From: Escherichia coli
GTDB taxonomy: Bacteria > Pseudomonadota > Gammaproteobacteria > Enterobacterales > Enterobacteriaceae
DNA: 64,000 nucleotides
Assembly (NCBI RefSeq): GCF_003334305.1
Contig: NZ_QOWS01000016.1
Direction: 5' to 3' (one strand)
Shown: positions 23,160-34,399 of the stretch, piece by piece
How positions within the stretch are numbered: position 1 is the first letter of the stretch
How the letters are laid out: each line of letters begins with the position of its first letter
Position numbers and translations under genes: made by a program
The notes under the pieces: model-generated
What the model was told of the DNA's origin: nothing
The model's database searches: none
Seen by the model: the letters and a program-made list of their open reading frames with translations, nothing else

Positions 23160-24362
23160 ATGACGCAATACTCCTCTCTCCTTCGTGGTCTTGCAGCGGG
23201 TTCTGCATTTTTATTCCTTTTTGCCCCAACGGCATTCGCGGCCGAACAAACCGTTGAAGCGCCGAGCGTGGATGCGCGTGCATGGATTTTAATGGATTAC
23301 GCCAGCGGTAAAGTGCTGGCAGAAGGCAATGCGGATGAGAAACTGGATCCCGCGAGCCTGACTAAAATCATGACCAGCTATGTGGTTGGGCAGGCGCTTA
23401 AGGCCGATAAGATTAAACTCACCGATATGGTGACGGTCGGTAAAGATGCCTGGGCGACGGGAAATCCGGCACTGCGTGCTTCATCGGTAATGTTCCTCAA
23501 ACCGGGCGATCAGGTTTCGGTGGCAGACTTGAACAAAGGTGTGATTATCCAGTCCGGTAATGACGCCTGTATTGCGCTGGCTGATTACGTTGCCGGGAGC
23601 CAGGAGTCATTTATTGGTCTGATGAATGGTTATGCCAAAAAACTGGGTCTGACCAACACTACCTTCCAGACGGTGCACGGCCTGGATGCGCCGGGGCAGT
23701 TCAGCACCGCGCGCGATATGGCATTGCTGGGTAAAGCATTGATCCACGATGTGCCGGAAGAGTACGCCATTCATAAAGAGAAAGAGTTCACCTTCAACAA
23801 AATTCGTCAGCCTAACCGTAACCGTCTGCTGTGGAGCAGCAATCTGAATGTTGATGGCATGAAGACAGGAACCACGGCAGGCGCGGGATATAATCTGGTT
23901 GCTTCGGCTACCCAGGGCGATATGCGTTTAATCTCCGTAGTGTTGGGGGCGAAAACCGACCGTATCCGTTTTAATGAGTCTGAGAAATTATTGACCTGGG
24001 GTTTCCGCTTCTTTGAAACCGTGACGCCAATTAAACCTGATGCCACCTTTGTGACTCAGCGCGTCTGGTTTGGTGATAAGAGCGAAGTGAATCTCGGGGC
24101 AGGTGAAGCGGGCTCAGTGACCATACCGCGTGGGCAGCTGAAAAACCTGAAAGCGAGTTATACGTTAACGGAACCGCAGCTTACCGCACCGCTGAAAAAA
24201 GGTCAGGTTGTCGGGACCATTGATTTCCAGCTTAACGGTAAATCCATTGAGCAGCGTCCGCTGATCGTGATGGAAAATGTGGAAGAGGGCGGATTCTTTG
24301 GTCGGATGTGGGATTTCGTGATGATGAAATTCCATCAGTGGTTCGGCAGCTGGTTCTCTTAA
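23160..24362 (+). CDS. dacC: D-alanyl-D-alanine carboxypeptidase PBP6
   Basis: ATG 23160 gives 400 aa; signal peptide; SxxK (SLTK), SGN and KTG motifs. Confidence 0.9.
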   Translation: MTQYSSLLRGLAAGSAFLFLFAPTAFAAEQTVEAPSVDARAWILMDYASGKVLAEGNADEKLDPASLTKIMTSYVVGQALKADKIKLTDMVTVGKDAWATGNPALRASSVMFLKPGDQVSVADLNKGVIIQSGNDACIALADYVAGSQESFIGLMNGYAKKLGLTNTTFQTVHGLDAPGQFSTARDMALLGKALIHDVPEEYAIHKEKEFTFNKIRQPNRNRLLWSSNLNVDGMKTGTTAGAGYNLVASATQGDMRLISVVLGAKTDRIRFNESEKLLTWGFRFFETVTPIKPDATFVTQRVWFGDKSEVNLGAGEAGSVTIPRGQLKNLKASYTLTEPQLTAPLKKGQVVGTIDFQLNGKSIEQRPLIVMENVEEGGFFGRMWDFVMMKFHQWFGSWFS

Positions 24363-24369
24363 TCTTCTG

Positions 24370-24402
24370 ATAACCGGATGGCGCGAAACGTCATCCGGTT
24401 AT
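24370..24402. terminator. Bidirectional hairpin between convergent dacC and deoR
   Basis: ATAACCGGATG-loop-CATCCGGTTAT perfect 11-bp inverted repeat. Confidence 0.55.
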
Positions 24403-24408
24403 ACGTCA

Positions 24409-25167
24409 TTAATACATCAACTTAATGCGCTGCGTCTGCGCGTACTTCACATACTCATCTTCCGGGCAACAATCGCTCACCACAATATCAAAGCGTTTCA
24501 GGTCACCCATGCGCGCCGGACGCACCTTGCCAAATTTACTGTGGTCGACAACCAGCACATGCTTTTGCGCCATCGACATGGCCCAGTGTTTTACCGGCAA
24601 CTCTTCAAGATTAAAACAGGTAGCGCCTTTACTGACATGCACGCCCGCCGCAGAATAAAAAGCGATATCCGGGCAAAAATTATTCAGCGTTTGCTGAAAA
24701 TCGATGGGTTTGAAAATGGCGTTGCTGGCGTGAAATTCACCACCGCACAGAAATGCGCGGCAATGGGGTTTCTCTTTCAGCGCCAGAAAGGTATTTAGCG
24801 AATAACAAACGGCGGTGAAAGGTATTTCATTATCAATCGCTTCAATAATCCACGGCGTGGTGGTGCCACAGTCAAAAAAGAGGGTCTGATCGGGTTCTAC
24901 CAGCGTCGCAGCCAGTTTTGCCGCCCGGCGTTTTTCTTCCACCAGGCGGGATTTTTGATCGCTTAACAGATAATGGCTGGCACTGCGCGGTTCCAGAACA
25001 ATATAGCCGCCGAGCAAAACGACGGGCGCACTGTGGTTGTTCAGATCGCGACGAATCGTCATCTCCGAAACCCCAAGCAGGGCGGCGGCGTCTTTAAGAT
25101 GTAACTTATCGCTGCGTTTTAATTCTTGCAGCAGCTGCCCGATACGCTCTTCGCGACGTGTTTCCAT
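24409..25167 (-). CDS. deoR: DeoR transcriptional repressor
   Basis: 252 aa; N-terminal HTH and DeoR-type sugar-phosphate-binding C-terminal domain. Confidence 0.9.
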   Translation of the reverse strand: METRREERIGQLLQELKRSDKLHLKDAAALLGVSEMTIRRDLNNHSAPVVLLGGYIVLEPRSASHYLLSDQKSRLVEEKRRAAKLAATLVEPDQTLFFDCGTTTPWIIEAIDNEIPFTAVCYSLNTFLALKEKPHCRAFLCGGEFHASNAIFKPIDFQQTLNNFCPDIAFYSAAGVHVSKGATCFNLEELPVKHWAMSMAQKHVLVVDHSKFGKVRPARMGDLKRFDIVVSDCCPEDEYVKYAQTQRIKLMY

Positions 25168-25224
25168 AATCCCTCTGAATAGTTATTGAAGCGAGCCGCT
25201 CAATACTACACTTTTTAGCAGAGA

Positions 25225-25821
25225 TCAGTCACGCACCCAGCCTTTGCGGATCGGTAATGCAAAACAGAAGCGATACCACGATTGCAGACGTTGATAGAGT
25301 TTATGCCCCATCGCTTGCCAGATAATCTGGGCACTAAGGCAGCCAATCATACCTGCCAGCAATCCACCGAGCATATCCAGCGGCCAGTGGACGCCAAGAT
25401 AAACGCGCGACCAGGCAATGATGACGGCCAGCACCATTAAAAGTGAGCCGGACCACAGGCGATGCCAGCATAAAAATGCCAGTGCAAAGGTGAAAATCAC
25501 CGTACCGTGATCGCTTGGGAATGAGTCATCCGCCGCATGATGCAGGAAGTTATAGCCGATATTTTCGACAAAGGGTCGGTCGTGCGGAAAAAGATGTCCC
25601 ATCGTCCAGGACACAAACAGGCTGACCGCCAGCGCGATAGCGATTTTTATCACCAGTTGCCGTTGTGCTGTAAGCCCCCACAACCAAAGTACCGCGGCCA
25701 GCAGCGGCACCACGGTAATCAAATCTTTAGCAATAAAAATCGCCAACGAGATCATCCACGGAGCCGAGTCTGGCGTCGCGTTAATAAGAGAGAATAGAGA
25801 GAGATTCAAATTTTCCAGCAT
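25225..25821 (-). CDS. ybjG: Undecaprenyl-pyrophosphate phosphatase (PAP2 family)
   Basis: ATG 25821 gives 198 aa starting MLENLNL; membrane protein with PAP2 motifs (PSDH, SRVYLGVHWP). Confidence 0.85.
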   Translation of the reverse strand: MLENLNLSLFSLINATPDSAPWMISLAIFIAKDLITVVPLLAAVLWLWGLTAQRQLVIKIAIALAVSLFVSWTMGHLFPHDRPFVENIGYNFLHHAADDSFPSDHGTVIFTFALAFLCWHRLWSGSLLMVLAVIIAWSRVYLGVHWPLDMLGGLLAGMIGCLSAQIIWQAMGHKLYQRLQSWYRFCFALPIRKGWVRD

Positions 25822-26105
25822 AACTTCCCGACGCAAAGTGATTAAAAGGGAGCCAATACAGGCAAGTCGTTGAGAATAAAGTGCAGGTTAAACTGGGTAA
25901 AGCGGCATCGTCTTATTTCCCTCAAGCGGCCTGTTTACGGTGGGTGATTGTAACGGGCATAGGTTAAATAAAACTTAAAGAAAGCGTAGCTATACTCGCA
26001 ATAATGTAAGAATGTGCTTAACCGTGGTTTCAGCTACAAAATTCGCTTTCTCGTTAGCTGCGCTTTTATTAAACTCTGCGCGATTATTATTGGCGAAGAA
26101 ATTGC

Positions 26106-27338
26106 ATGCAAAATAAATTAGCTTCCGGTGCCAGGCTTGGACGTCAGGCGTTACTTTTCCCTCTCTGTCTGGTGCTTTACGAATTTTCAACCTATATCGG
26201 CAACGATATGATTCAACCCGGTATGTTGGCCGTGGTGGAACAATATCAGGCGGGCATTGATTGGGTTCCTACTTCGATGACCGCGTATCTGGCAGGCGGG
26301 ATGTTTTTACAATGGCTCCTGGGGCCGCTGTCGGATCGTATTGGTCGCCGTCCGGTGATGCTGGCGGGTGTGGTGTGGTTTATCGTCACCTGTCTGGCAA
26401 TATTACTGGCGCAAAACATACAACAATTCACCCTGTTGCGCTTCTTGCAGGGCATAAGCCTCTGTTTCATTGGCGCTGTGGGATACGCCGCAATTCAGGA
26501 ATCCTTCGAAGAGGCGGTTTGTATCAAGATCACCGCGCTGATGGCGAACGTGGCGCTGATTGCTCCGCTACTTGGTCCGCTGGTGGGCGCGGCGTGGATC
26601 CATGTGCTGCCCTGGGAGGGGATGTTTGTTTTGTTTGCCGCATTGGCAGCGATCTCCTTTTTCGGTCTGCAACGAGCCATGCCTGAAACCGCCACGCGTA
26701 TAGGCGAGAAACTGTCACTGAAAGAACTCGGTCGTGACTATAAGCTGGTGCTGAAGAACGGCCGCTTTGTGGCGGGGGCGCTGGCGCTGGGATTCGTTAG
26801 TCTGCCGTTGCTGGCGTGGATCGCCCAGTCGCCGATTATCATCATTACCGGCGAGCAGTTGAGCAGCTATGAATATGGCTTGCTGCAAGTGCCTATTTTC
26901 GGGGCGTTAATTGCGGGTAACTTGCTGTTAGCGCGTCTGACCTCGCGCCGCACCGTACGTTCGCTGATTATTATGGGCGGCTGGCCGATTATGATTGGTC
27001 TATTGGTCGCTGCTGCGGCAACGGTTATCTCATCGCACGCGTATTTATGGATGACCGCCGGGTTAAGTATTTATGCTTTCGGCATTGGTCTGGCGAATGC
27101 GGGACTGGTGCGATTAACCCTGTTTGCCAGCGATATGAGTAAAGGTACGGTTTCTGCGGCGATGGGAATGCTGCAAATGCTGATCTTTACCGTCGGTATT
27201 GAAATCAGCAAACATGCCTGGCTGAACGGGGGCAACGGACTGTTTAATCTCTTCAACCTTGTCAACGGAATTTTGTGGCTGTCGCTGATGGTTATCTTTT
27301 TAAAAGATAAACAGATGGGAAATTCTCACGAAGGGTAA
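26106..27338 (+). CDS. mdfA: MFS multidrug efflux transporter MdfA/Cmr
   Basis: 410 aa; 12-TM MFS profile; matches MdfA N-terminus [20 protein letters not shown]. Confidence 0.9.
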   Translation: MQNKLASGARLGRQALLFPLCLVLYEFSTYIGNDMIQPGMLAVVEQYQAGIDWVPTSMTAYLAGGMFLQWLLGPLSDRIGRRPVMLAGVVWFIVTCLAILLAQNIQQFTLLRFLQGISLCFIGAVGYAAIQESFEEAVCIKITALMANVALIAPLLGPLVGAAWIHVLPWEGMFVLFAALAAISFFGLQRAMPETATRIGEKLSLKELGRDYKLVLKNGRFVAGALALGFVSLPLLAWIAQSPIIIITGEQLSSYEYGLLQVPIFGALIAGNLLLARLTSRRTVRSLIIMGGWPIMIGLLVAAAATVISSHAYLWMTAGLSIYAFGIGLANAGLVRLTLFASDMSKGTVSAAMGMLQMLIFTVGIEISKHAWLNGGNGLFNLFNLVNGILWLSLMVIFLKDKQMGNSHEG

Positions 27339-27341
27339 AAA

Positions 27342-27372
27342 AATGCCTGATTGCTTTGTGCGATCAGGCATT
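27342..27372 (-). terminator. Rho-independent terminator (ybjH; bidirectional with mdfA)
   Basis: AATGCCTGAT-loop-ATCAGGCATT hairpin with an adjacent A-run on plus, which is a U-run on the minus strand. Confidence 0.55.
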
Positions 27373-27378
27373 CTCGAA

Positions 27379-27663
27379 TTAATGGTGATGGTCGTCAATC
27401 TGGTGTTCGATAACCATCCCTTCACCTACGCTGGCAAGATGGCGAACATAAGGATGCGGGCGGTAAGCCGGAGCTGGCGCAGGAGCCACATAGACGGTTT
27501 GCGGCACAGTCGCGACGCTGACCGCTTGTGGAACGCTGACTGAATCAGGAACCACAACCACTTTGTATCCACTCGGCACATCGACGGTGACACTTTGCGC
27601 AATCGCCACACCAGTAAAGCCCATTAAAAGCGCGCCCAACAGTAGACAATTTTTCATAAACAT
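27379..27663 (-). CDS. ybjH: Small secreted protein YbjH
   Basis: 94 aa with N-terminal signal peptide (MFMKNCLLLGALLMGFTGVAIA). Confidence 0.7.
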   Translation of the reverse strand: MFMKNCLLLGALLMGFTGVAIAQSVTVDVPSGYKVVVVPDSVSVPQAVSVATVPQTVYVAPAPAPAYRPHPYVRHLASVGEGMVIEHQIDDHHH

Positions 27664-27748
27664 TTCGCCTGAAATAATGCAGCGGGTTAATTTCCGCGAA
27701 TTATGCAGCCTTCATTCAGGTATTGTGTTGCCGGGCGTGCTGCCGTTT

Positions 27749-28564
27749 TTATTGGTCAAATGGCGCTTCGTGTTTAAGCACTTTATCGATCACATCCAGT
27801 ACGCCTTCACGGTTATTGGAGCCTGCCCGGTATTTTGCCGCTGCGACGACCGCATTGCCGGCATTTTCCATTGCAAAACTAAAGCCTGCCTGACGCAGCA
27901 TCTCAATATCGTTACCGCCATCGCCAAAGACCACCACTTCGCTGTCGTCTATTCCCCATAATTTCTGCAGTTGGCGAAGGCCATTGGCTTTATGTACGCC
28001 GGGGATAATCAGATCGATGCTGCCGTTGCCGGTGTGGACCGGCACCATAATATCGCCGATGGCCTCATGTAATGCTTTTTGTACTTGTGGAATCAGTTCA
28101 TCGGAAAGATTCAGGCCAAACTTAAAGAAGATATCCTCTAAGTTGTCAAAGTTATCGACGTATTCCAGACGGTGATAATACATTTCCGCCACCGTTTTCA
28201 TGGCATCGTCATATTTTTTGAGCGTATAGGCGCTATTTTTTCCGCAGGCAATAATTTCCACTTCCGGGCGCGTCAGCAAATGTTCCACGACAGTAGTAAA
28301 CGCATCCTTCGACAGCTCGCCATTAAAAACATCTTTGCCTTCGCTCACTACCCAGCCGCCGTTTTCAGCCACAAAGGCAATTTCATTCGCAATTTCAGGG
28401 AAGAAAGAGATCAACTGATAATATTGATTCCCGCTGGCGACTACAAAGCGAATTCCTTGTGCTTTCATTTGCTGATACTGAGCCATAAACCGCTCACGGT
28501 TATAGGTTTTTTGATCGCTTAAGAAAGTACCATCCATGTCTACCGCAATTAATTTAATGCTCAT
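27749..28564 (-). CDS. ybjI: HAD-superfamily (Cof-type) phosphatase, paralog of ybiV
   Basis: ATG 28564 gives 271 aa ([15 protein letters not shown]); high identity to YbiV visible by eye. Confidence 0.85.
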   Translation of the reverse strand: MSIKLIAVDMDGTFLSDQKTYNRERFMAQYQQMKAQGIRFVVASGNQYYQLISFFPEIANEIAFVAENGGWVVSEGKDVFNGELSKDAFTTVVEHLLTRPEVEIIACGKNSAYTLKKYDDAMKTVAEMYYHRLEYVDNFDNLEDIFFKFGLNLSDELIPQVQKALHEAIGDIMVPVHTGNGSIDLIIPGVHKANGLRQLQKLWGIDDSEVVVFGDGGNDIEMLRQAGFSFAMENAGNAVVAAAKYRAGSNNREGVLDVIDKVLKHEAPFDQ

Positions 28565-29772
28565 CAACTATTCTCCATCGCCGTCTGCGTTTTGGTATCG
28601 GGTTTGGCGACGGCTTTCGCGACAATAGCCGCGAGAATAACCAGCGCCAGTACAACCAGCATTGCACTACGTAATCCATAATGTTCGCCGAGATAGCCCA
28701 GCAGCGGCGGCCCGACGAGGAAAGCCAGATAACCGGTCGTTGCTACCACACTGACGCGGGTTGGTGCATCGGGGCCGGTATCGCTGGCGGCAGAAATGGT
28801 CAGCGGGAAGCCCAGCGAGGCACCCAGTCCCCAGAGTACAACAGACACCCCAGCGACCCAGGCGCTATCGACAAAAATAATCAGCCCAATACCCAACGCC
28901 CCCATTAGTGCACTGGCCCGAACCACGGCAACGCGACTGTAACGGTCGATGAACCAACCGCCGGTGAAGCGTCCAACGGTCATCCCCAGGGTAAAACCGG
29001 CATAAATCAGCGAGCCGGAAGTAGGGCTAAAACCGTGACCGTCAACCATTAATAAGGGTAACCAGTCGTTGGCAGAACCTTCGGCAAAGGCCATCGCCAG
29101 CACCACAACACCTATCAGCAGCAACTGGATATCGCGATAAAAAGGAATGCCTTTTTCGCCATGCTGGGTGCCATCGGCAGCATTTTTGCCCGTACCGTCA
29201 GGGATTGCCTGAATGGCGATATAAATAGGCGCGATACCTACCAGCGCCGCCAATAAAATGTGCACCGTTGCCGGAACGCCAAAGGCCGTCAGTGCCATCC
29301 CGACACCAGCGCCTGCCAGCGTGCCCAGGCTATAAAAACCGTGCATCATTGGCAAAACCGTTTTATTCATTTCTCGCTCAACGGCGGCACCTTCAACGTT
29401 TATCGCCACTTCCGCAGAACCAAAACTTGCCCCAAAGACGCCGAGACCAACGGCAAAGAGCAGGGGCGATGTCAGCCAGAGTGCCAGACTTAATATCATC
29501 ATCCCGATCAATGCGCAGGACATCGTGACCAGGATGACATTACGCGTGCCAAAGCGTTTCACTAACCACGCCGAGCAGAGAATACCGCTCATCGAACCGA
29601 TCGACAGACCAAAGAGAACACCGCCCATTTCAGCGATCGAGACAGAGAGAATATCGCGGATAGCAGGCGTACGGGTTGCCCAGGACGCCATTAACAGGCC
29701 TGGCAAAAAGAAGAACATAAACAGCGCCCAGGTTCGGCGTTTCAATGCATTACGTGAAGAATTTACGGTCAT
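28564..29772 (-). CDS. ybjJ: MFS-family inner membrane transporter
   Basis: 402 aa, 12-TM hydrophobic profile; stop overlaps ybjI start. Confidence 0.85.
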   Translation of the reverse strand: MTVNSSRNALKRRTWALFMFFFLPGLLMASWATRTPAIRDILSVSIAEMGGVLFGLSIGSMSGILCSAWLVKRFGTRNVILVTMSCALIGMMILSLALWLTSPLLFAVGLGVFGASFGSAEVAINVEGAAVEREMNKTVLPMMHGFYSLGTLAGAGVGMALTAFGVPATVHILLAALVGIAPIYIAIQAIPDGTGKNAADGTQHGEKGIPFYRDIQLLLIGVVVLAMAFAEGSANDWLPLLMVDGHGFSPTSGSLIYAGFTLGMTVGRFTGGWFIDRYSRVAVVRASALMGALGIGLIIFVDSAWVAGVSVVLWGLGASLGFPLTISAASDTGPDAPTRVSVVATTGYLAFLVGPPLLGYLGEHYGLRSAMLVVLALVILAAIVAKAVAKPDTKTQTAMENS

Positions 29773-29815
29773 AGATCACGTCAAAATAAGAAGAGGGAAG
29801 ACAACATTAGCAAGG

Positions 29816-29835
29816 TTGTGTACATTTGTACACAA
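29816..29835. promoter_or_regulatory. Perfect palindrome TTGTGTACA-TT-TGTACACAA in the ybjJ/rcdA divergent region; candidate RcdA operator
   Basis: 9-bp perfect inverted repeat with 2-bp spacer, about 20 bp upstream of the rcdA start; typical dyad site for a TetR-family autoregulator. Confidence 0.5.
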
Positions 29836-29855
29836 TTGCAGAGAGAGGAAATGAC

Positions 29856-30392
29856 ATGCGTCGCGCTAACGATCCGCAACGGCGAGAAAAAATTATCCAG
29901 GCCACGCTGGAGGCGGTGAAACTTTACGGAATACATGCTGTTACGCACCGCAAAATTGCTACCCTTGCCGGGGTACCGTTGGGATCGATGACCTACTATT
30001 TTTCAGGAATTGATGAGTTGTTGCTGGAGGCGTTCAGCAGTTTTACTGAGATTATGTCCCGGCAATATCAGGCATTTTTTAGCGATGTTAGTGATGCTCA
30101 AGGCGCATGCCAGGCTATCACCGATATGATCTACAGCTCACAGGTTGCAACGCCGGATAATATGGAGCTGATGTACCAGCTCTACGCGCTGGCTAGCCGA
30201 AAACCGCTATTAAAAACGGTAATGCAAAACTGGATGCAGCGCAGTCAGCAAACGCTCGAACAATGGTTTGAACCCGGAACCGCCCGCGCGCTTGATGCGT
30301 TTATTGAGGGGATGACGCTGCATTTTGTCACCGACCGTAAGCCGCTATCGCGCGAGGAGATTTTGAGGATGGTTGAGAGGGTTGCAGGGTAG
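29856..30392 (+). CDS. rcdA: TetR-family transcriptional regulator RcdA
   Basis: ATG 29856 gives 178 aa starting [21 protein letters not shown] with a TetR HTH. Confidence 0.85.
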   Translation: MRRANDPQRREKIIQATLEAVKLYGIHAVTHRKIATLAGVPLGSMTYYFSGIDELLLEAFSSFTEIMSRQYQAFFSDVSDAQGACQAITDMIYSSQVATPDNMELMYQLYALASRKPLLKTVMQNWMQRSQQTLEQWFEPGTARALDAFIEGMTLHFVTDRKPLSREEILRMVERVAG

Positions 30393-30411
30393 TAGATAAG
30401 TTTTAGATAAC

Positions 30412-30490
30412 AAAAAACCCATCAACCTTGAACCGAAATGGCGGGGTTGATGGGCTCCACAAAATGGGGACATCAAAGAAAAGCAGTGGC
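30412..30490 (-). ncRNA. rybB: RybB small RNA (sigma-E-dependent, Hfq-binding)
   Basis: Minus-strand sequence GCCACUGCUUUUCUUUGAUGUCCCCAUUUUGUGGAGCCCAUCAACCCCGCCAUUUCGGUUCAAGGUUGAUGGGUUUUUU matches RybB as I recall it, with terminator hairpin and U-tail. Confidence 0.9.
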
Positions 30491-30525
30491 ACTAATTAAG
30501 ACTGATGCCCTGCGGAAAAGTTCTG
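30491..30525 (-). promoter_or_regulatory. Candidate sigma-E promoter of rybB
   Basis: On the minus strand, GAACTT (-35-like) and TCTTA (-10-like, consensus TCNAA) at suitable spacing upstream of the RybB 5' end. Confidence 0.45.
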
Positions 30526-30566
30526 CGGTTGTGCAAAAAAATTTCATTTTCAGGGCAACTTCAGTT

Positions 30567-32252
30567 TTATCCTAATCCTGGCCATACCATGACGATGATT
30601 GTCCCTGCCAGCGTCAGCAGGACGTTGGCGATTGCGTAGGTGCCCGCGTAGCCCAGCGCAGGGATGTTACTGCGAGCTGTATCACTGATGATCTCCATTG
30701 CCGGCGCGCAGGTGCGTGCGCCCATCATTGCGCCGAACAACAGTGCGCGGTTCATTCGCAATACATAAGCACCGAACAAGAAACAGATAACCACGGGCAC
30801 AAGACTGACAATTAATCCGGCAATCAACATCTGACCGCCAATCGCGCCCAGGCCGTTATTAATACCGCTACCGGCGCTCAGACCAACGCCTGCCATAAAC
30901 ACCATCAAGCCGAACTCTTTCACCATGCTTAATGCACCTTGCGGAATGTAACCGAAGGTCGGGTGGTTAGCACGCATAAAGCCCAGCATAATTCCGGCGA
31001 ATAACAACCCGGCAGCGTTCCCCATGCCGAAACTGAATGTGCTGAACTGGAAGGTGATCATCCCGATCATCAGCCCAATAACAAAGAAGGCGCAAAATGC
31101 CAGCAGGTCAGTGACCTGGCTGTGAATCGAGATAAAGCCGATGCGATCGGCGATGGTTTTTACGCGACGGGCATCACCGCTGACTTGTAAAACGTCACCT
31201 TTGTTAAGCACGACGTTGTCATCTATCGGCATCTCAATCTGGCTACGAATGACGCGGTTAAGGAAGCAACCGTGATCGGTCAACTTCAGTTGTGCGAGAC
31301 GTTTACCTACAGCGTTATGGTTTTTAACGACCACTTCTTCAGTGACGATACGCATGTCGAGAAGGTCACGATCGAAAACTTCTTTACCGTTACGGAAGCT
31401 GGGATCGAGTCGGGCATGGGCGTCGGGATAGCCTACCAACGCTATTTCATCGCCCATTTGTAGCACGGCATCACCGTCTGGATTTGCCAGAATCCCGTTA
31501 CGTCGAATACGTTCAATGTAGCAGCCGGTTTGTCGATAAATACCCAGTTCACGCAGATTTTTGCCGTCGGTCCAGGCCACCAGCTCCGGGCCGACGCGAT
31601 AGGCGCGGATCACCGGTAAATAAACCTTACGGTTGGCATCAGTGTCCAGGCCACGTTCGCGGGCGATTTGCTGGGCGCTGGTCTGTAAGTCCTGATGCTG
31701 CAATTTCGGCAAGTAACGCGCACCAACAATCAAACTCACCAGACCGATTAAATAGGTTAAGGCATACCCGAGGCTCAGATTATCCAGTGCCAGTGAGAGC
31801 TGCCTGCTTTCCATGCCGGAATGACGCAGTGTATCGCCAGCACCGACCAGAACCGGTGTCGACGTCATAGAGCCTGCTAACATACCGGCCGTCAGGCCAA
31901 TATCCCAGCCAAACAGCTTACCTAACCCTAAGGCGATCACCAGCGCACTGCCAACCATCACCAGTGCTAACATTAGGTAATTTTTCCCATCGCGAAAAAA
32001 AATGGAAAAAAAGTTCGGTCCGGCTTCGACCCCGACGCAGAAAATAAACAGCATAAAGCCAAGATTAAGCGCATCGGTGTTAATGCTGAAATGTTGTTGG
32101 CCTAATAACAGCGATACGACTAAAACGCCAATGGAATTACCCAGTTGGATCGAACCAAGTCGTAACTTTCCGAGACATAGCCCAAGCGCGAGGACCACAA
32201 ATAATAACAGAATGTAATTCCCATTTAACAATTCGGCGACGTTTATATTCAC
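30567..32252 (-). CDS. ybjL: Putative transporter of the AAE (YidE/YbjL) family with two cytoplasmic RCK_C-like domains
   Basis: 561 aa; hydrophobic N- and C-terminal halves separated by a soluble central region. Confidence 0.9.
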
Positions 32253-32521
32253 GGAGGCTAACTTCTTGTTTACTAGTAAGCTGTTGAAAGAAATGGTAAT
32301 TTACGATAATGTTTTTTACCAGAATTCAGGGCGCAGATTCATTCAGCGCACCTAAACGATAGTAAAGTAACAATATATTTTACTAGTGTAATCACATTAG
32401 GTATCAACGGCTATATGAATTGCGTTGGCCTATATTAGCATGGAATGCGAAGCGGCTTTATCTTACTGAACGCCACACTGGCGAAAAATGTGTTCGATAG
32501 ACGCAGTGTCAGGAGGAACGA

Positions 32522-32899
32522 GTGAAACATAAACAACGTTGGGCGGGGGCAATCTGCTGTTTTGTCCTCTTCATTGTGGTGTGCCTTTTTCTGGCGACGC
32601 ACATGAAAGGCGCTTTTCGGGCTGCCGGGCATCCTGAAATCGGCTTGCTATTTTTCATTCTTCCTGGAGCAGTCGCCAGCTTCTTTTCACAGCGTAGAGA
32701 AGTCCTGAAACCTCTGTTTGGCGCAATGCTGGCGGCACCCTGTTCGATGCTCATTATGCGGCTGTTTTTTTCACCGACGCGCTCATTCTGGCAAGAGCTG
32801 GCATGGTTACTAAGCGCGGTGTTCTGGTGTGCGCTGGGGGCACTGTGTTTCTTATTTATCAGTAGTTTGTTTAAACCACAGCACAGAAAAAATCAGTAA
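32522..32899 (+). CDS. ybjM: Small inner membrane protein YbjM
   Basis: 125 aa, four predicted hydrophobic helices. Confidence 0.7.
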   Translation: MKHKQRWAGAICCFVLFIVVCLFLATHMKGAFRAAGHPEIGLLFFILPGAVASFFSQRREVLKPLFGAMLAAPCSMLIMRLFFSPTRSFWQELAWLLSAVFWCALGALCFLFISSLFKPQHRKNQ

Positions 32900-32919
32900 A
32901 GCCCTCAACGCGAGGGCTT
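32899..32919. terminator. Hairpin between convergent ybjM and grxA
   Basis: AAGCCCTC-aacgcg-GAGGGCTT inverted repeat. Confidence 0.45.
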
Positions 32920-32928
32920 GTCAGACGA

Positions 32929-33186
32929 TCAGGCGTCCAGATTTTCTTTCACCCATGCAGCAAAATCGGTATAGCCGCCGATATGTTGCTGATCGACAAA
33001 AATCTGCGGCACGGTTTCTACGGGTTTACCTGCCTTTTGTTGTAGATCTTCTTTAGTGATCCCTTCCGCACGAATATCTACATACTGATACTGAAAATCA
33101 TCGCGTTCATTGCTCAATTTCTCAGCCAGATCTTTTGCACGCACACAGTAAGGGCAACCCGGACGACCAAAAATAACGGTTTGCAT
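32929..33186 (-). CDS. grxA: Glutaredoxin 1
   Basis: ATG 33186 gives 85 aa starting MQTVIFGR.GCPYC with the CPYC active site. Confidence 0.9.
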   Translation of the reverse strand: MQTVIFGRPGCPYCVRAKDLAEKLSNERDDFQYQYVDIRAEGITKEDLQQKAGKPVETVPQIFVDQQHIGGYTDFAAWVKENLDA

Positions 33187-33345
33187 TATTTCTCTCCTCA
33201 TAGATTTATGCCTGTAATGATCACGCTAAAATGTATTCGCTGAAAGTAGGTTTAACCTGTTGCATTAATTGCTAAAAGCTATAACTGTTAAACACAATAC
33301 AGTGAAAAGTTTTAGACTGAAGGCTCACTTTGCAGAGGGAAGCGT

Positions 33346-33633
33346 ATGCGCGCGATCGGTAAATTGCCTAAAAGCGTGTTGATACTGGAATTTATCGGAA
33401 TGATGTTGCTGGCGGTGGCGCTGCTGTCGGTAAGCGACTCCCTGTCGCTGCCTGAGCCATTTTCTCGGCCAGAAGTGCAGATTCTGATGATTTTTCTCGG
33501 TGTTTTGCTCATGCTTCCCGCTGCGGTGGTGGTTATTCTTCAGGTGGCAAAACGTCTTGCCCCACAGCTGATGAACCGTCCACCGCAATATTCACGTTCA
33601 GAAAGAGAAAAAGATAATGACGCCAACCATTGA
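33346..33633 (+). CDS. ybjC: Small membrane protein YbjC
   Basis: 95 aa, hydrophobic; overlaps nfsA start by 17 nt as in the ybjC-nfsA-rimK-ybjN operon. Confidence 0.7.
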   Translation: MRAIGKLPKSVLILEFIGMMLLAVALLSVSDSLSLPEPFSRPEVQILMIFLGVLLMLPAAVVVILQVAKRLAPQLMNRPPQYSRSEREKDNDANH

Positions 33634-34339
33634 ACTTATTTGTGGCCATCGCTCCATTCGCCATTTCACTGATGAACCCATTTCCGAAGCGCAGCGTGAG
33701 GCGATTATTAACAGCGCCCGTGCGACGTCCAGTTCCAGTTTTTTGCAGTGCAGTAGCATTATTCGCATTACCGACAAAGCGTTACGTGAAGAACTGGTGA
33801 CGCTGACCGGCGGGCAAAAACACGTAGCGCAAGCGGCGGAGTTCTGGGTGTTCTGTGCCGACTTTAACCGCCATTTACAGATCTGTCCGGATGCTCAGCT
33901 CGGCCTGGCGGAACAACTGTTGCTCGGTGTCGTTGATACGGCAATGATGGCGCAGAATGCATTAATCGCAGCGGAATCGCTGGGATTGGGCGGGGTATAT
34001 ATCGGCGGCCTGCGCAATAATATTGAAGCGGTGACGAAACTGCTTAAATTACCGCAGCATGTTCTGCCGCTGTTTAGGCTGTGCCTTGGCTGGCCAGCGG
34101 ATAATCCGGATCTTAAGCCGCGTTTACCGGCCTCCATTTTGGTGCATGAAAACAGCTATCAACCGCTGGATAAAGGCGCACTGGCTCAGTATGACGAGCA
34201 ACTGGCGGAATATTACCTCACCCGTGGCAGCAATAATCGCCGGGATACCTGGAGCGATCATATCCGCCGAACAATCATTAAAGAAAGCCGCCCATTTATT
34301 CTGGATTATTTGCACAAACAGGGTTGGGCGACGCGCTAA
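33617..34339 (+). CDS. nfsA: Oxygen-insensitive NADPH nitroreductase A
   Basis: 240 aa; matches NfsA. Confidence 0.9.
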   Translation: MTPTIELICGHRSIRHFTDEPISEAQREAIINSARATSSSSFLQCSSIIRITDKALREELVTLTGGQKHVAQAAEFWVFCADFNRHLQICPDAQLGLAEQLLLGVVDTAMMAQNALIAAESLGLGGVYIGGLRNNIEAVTKLLKLPQHVLPLFRLCLGWPADNPDLKPRLPASILVHENSYQPLDKGALAQYDEQLAEYYLTRGSNNRRDTWSDHIRRTIIKESRPFILDYLHKQGWATR

Positions 34340-34399
34340 AACCGCCACGTCGATGTATGATACGCGGGCTTTTGACCAGGTCTGACAGAGAGGTGCAGG

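Noticed and set aside
32929-33186. Possible strain-specific substitutions in glutaredoxin 1 (RPGCPYC and QIFVDQQ contexts)
   Set aside because: I recall the K-12 protein as RSGCPYC and QIFIDQQ but am not certain; without an alignment to a reference this cannot be separated from a memory error, so it is not reported as a finding.
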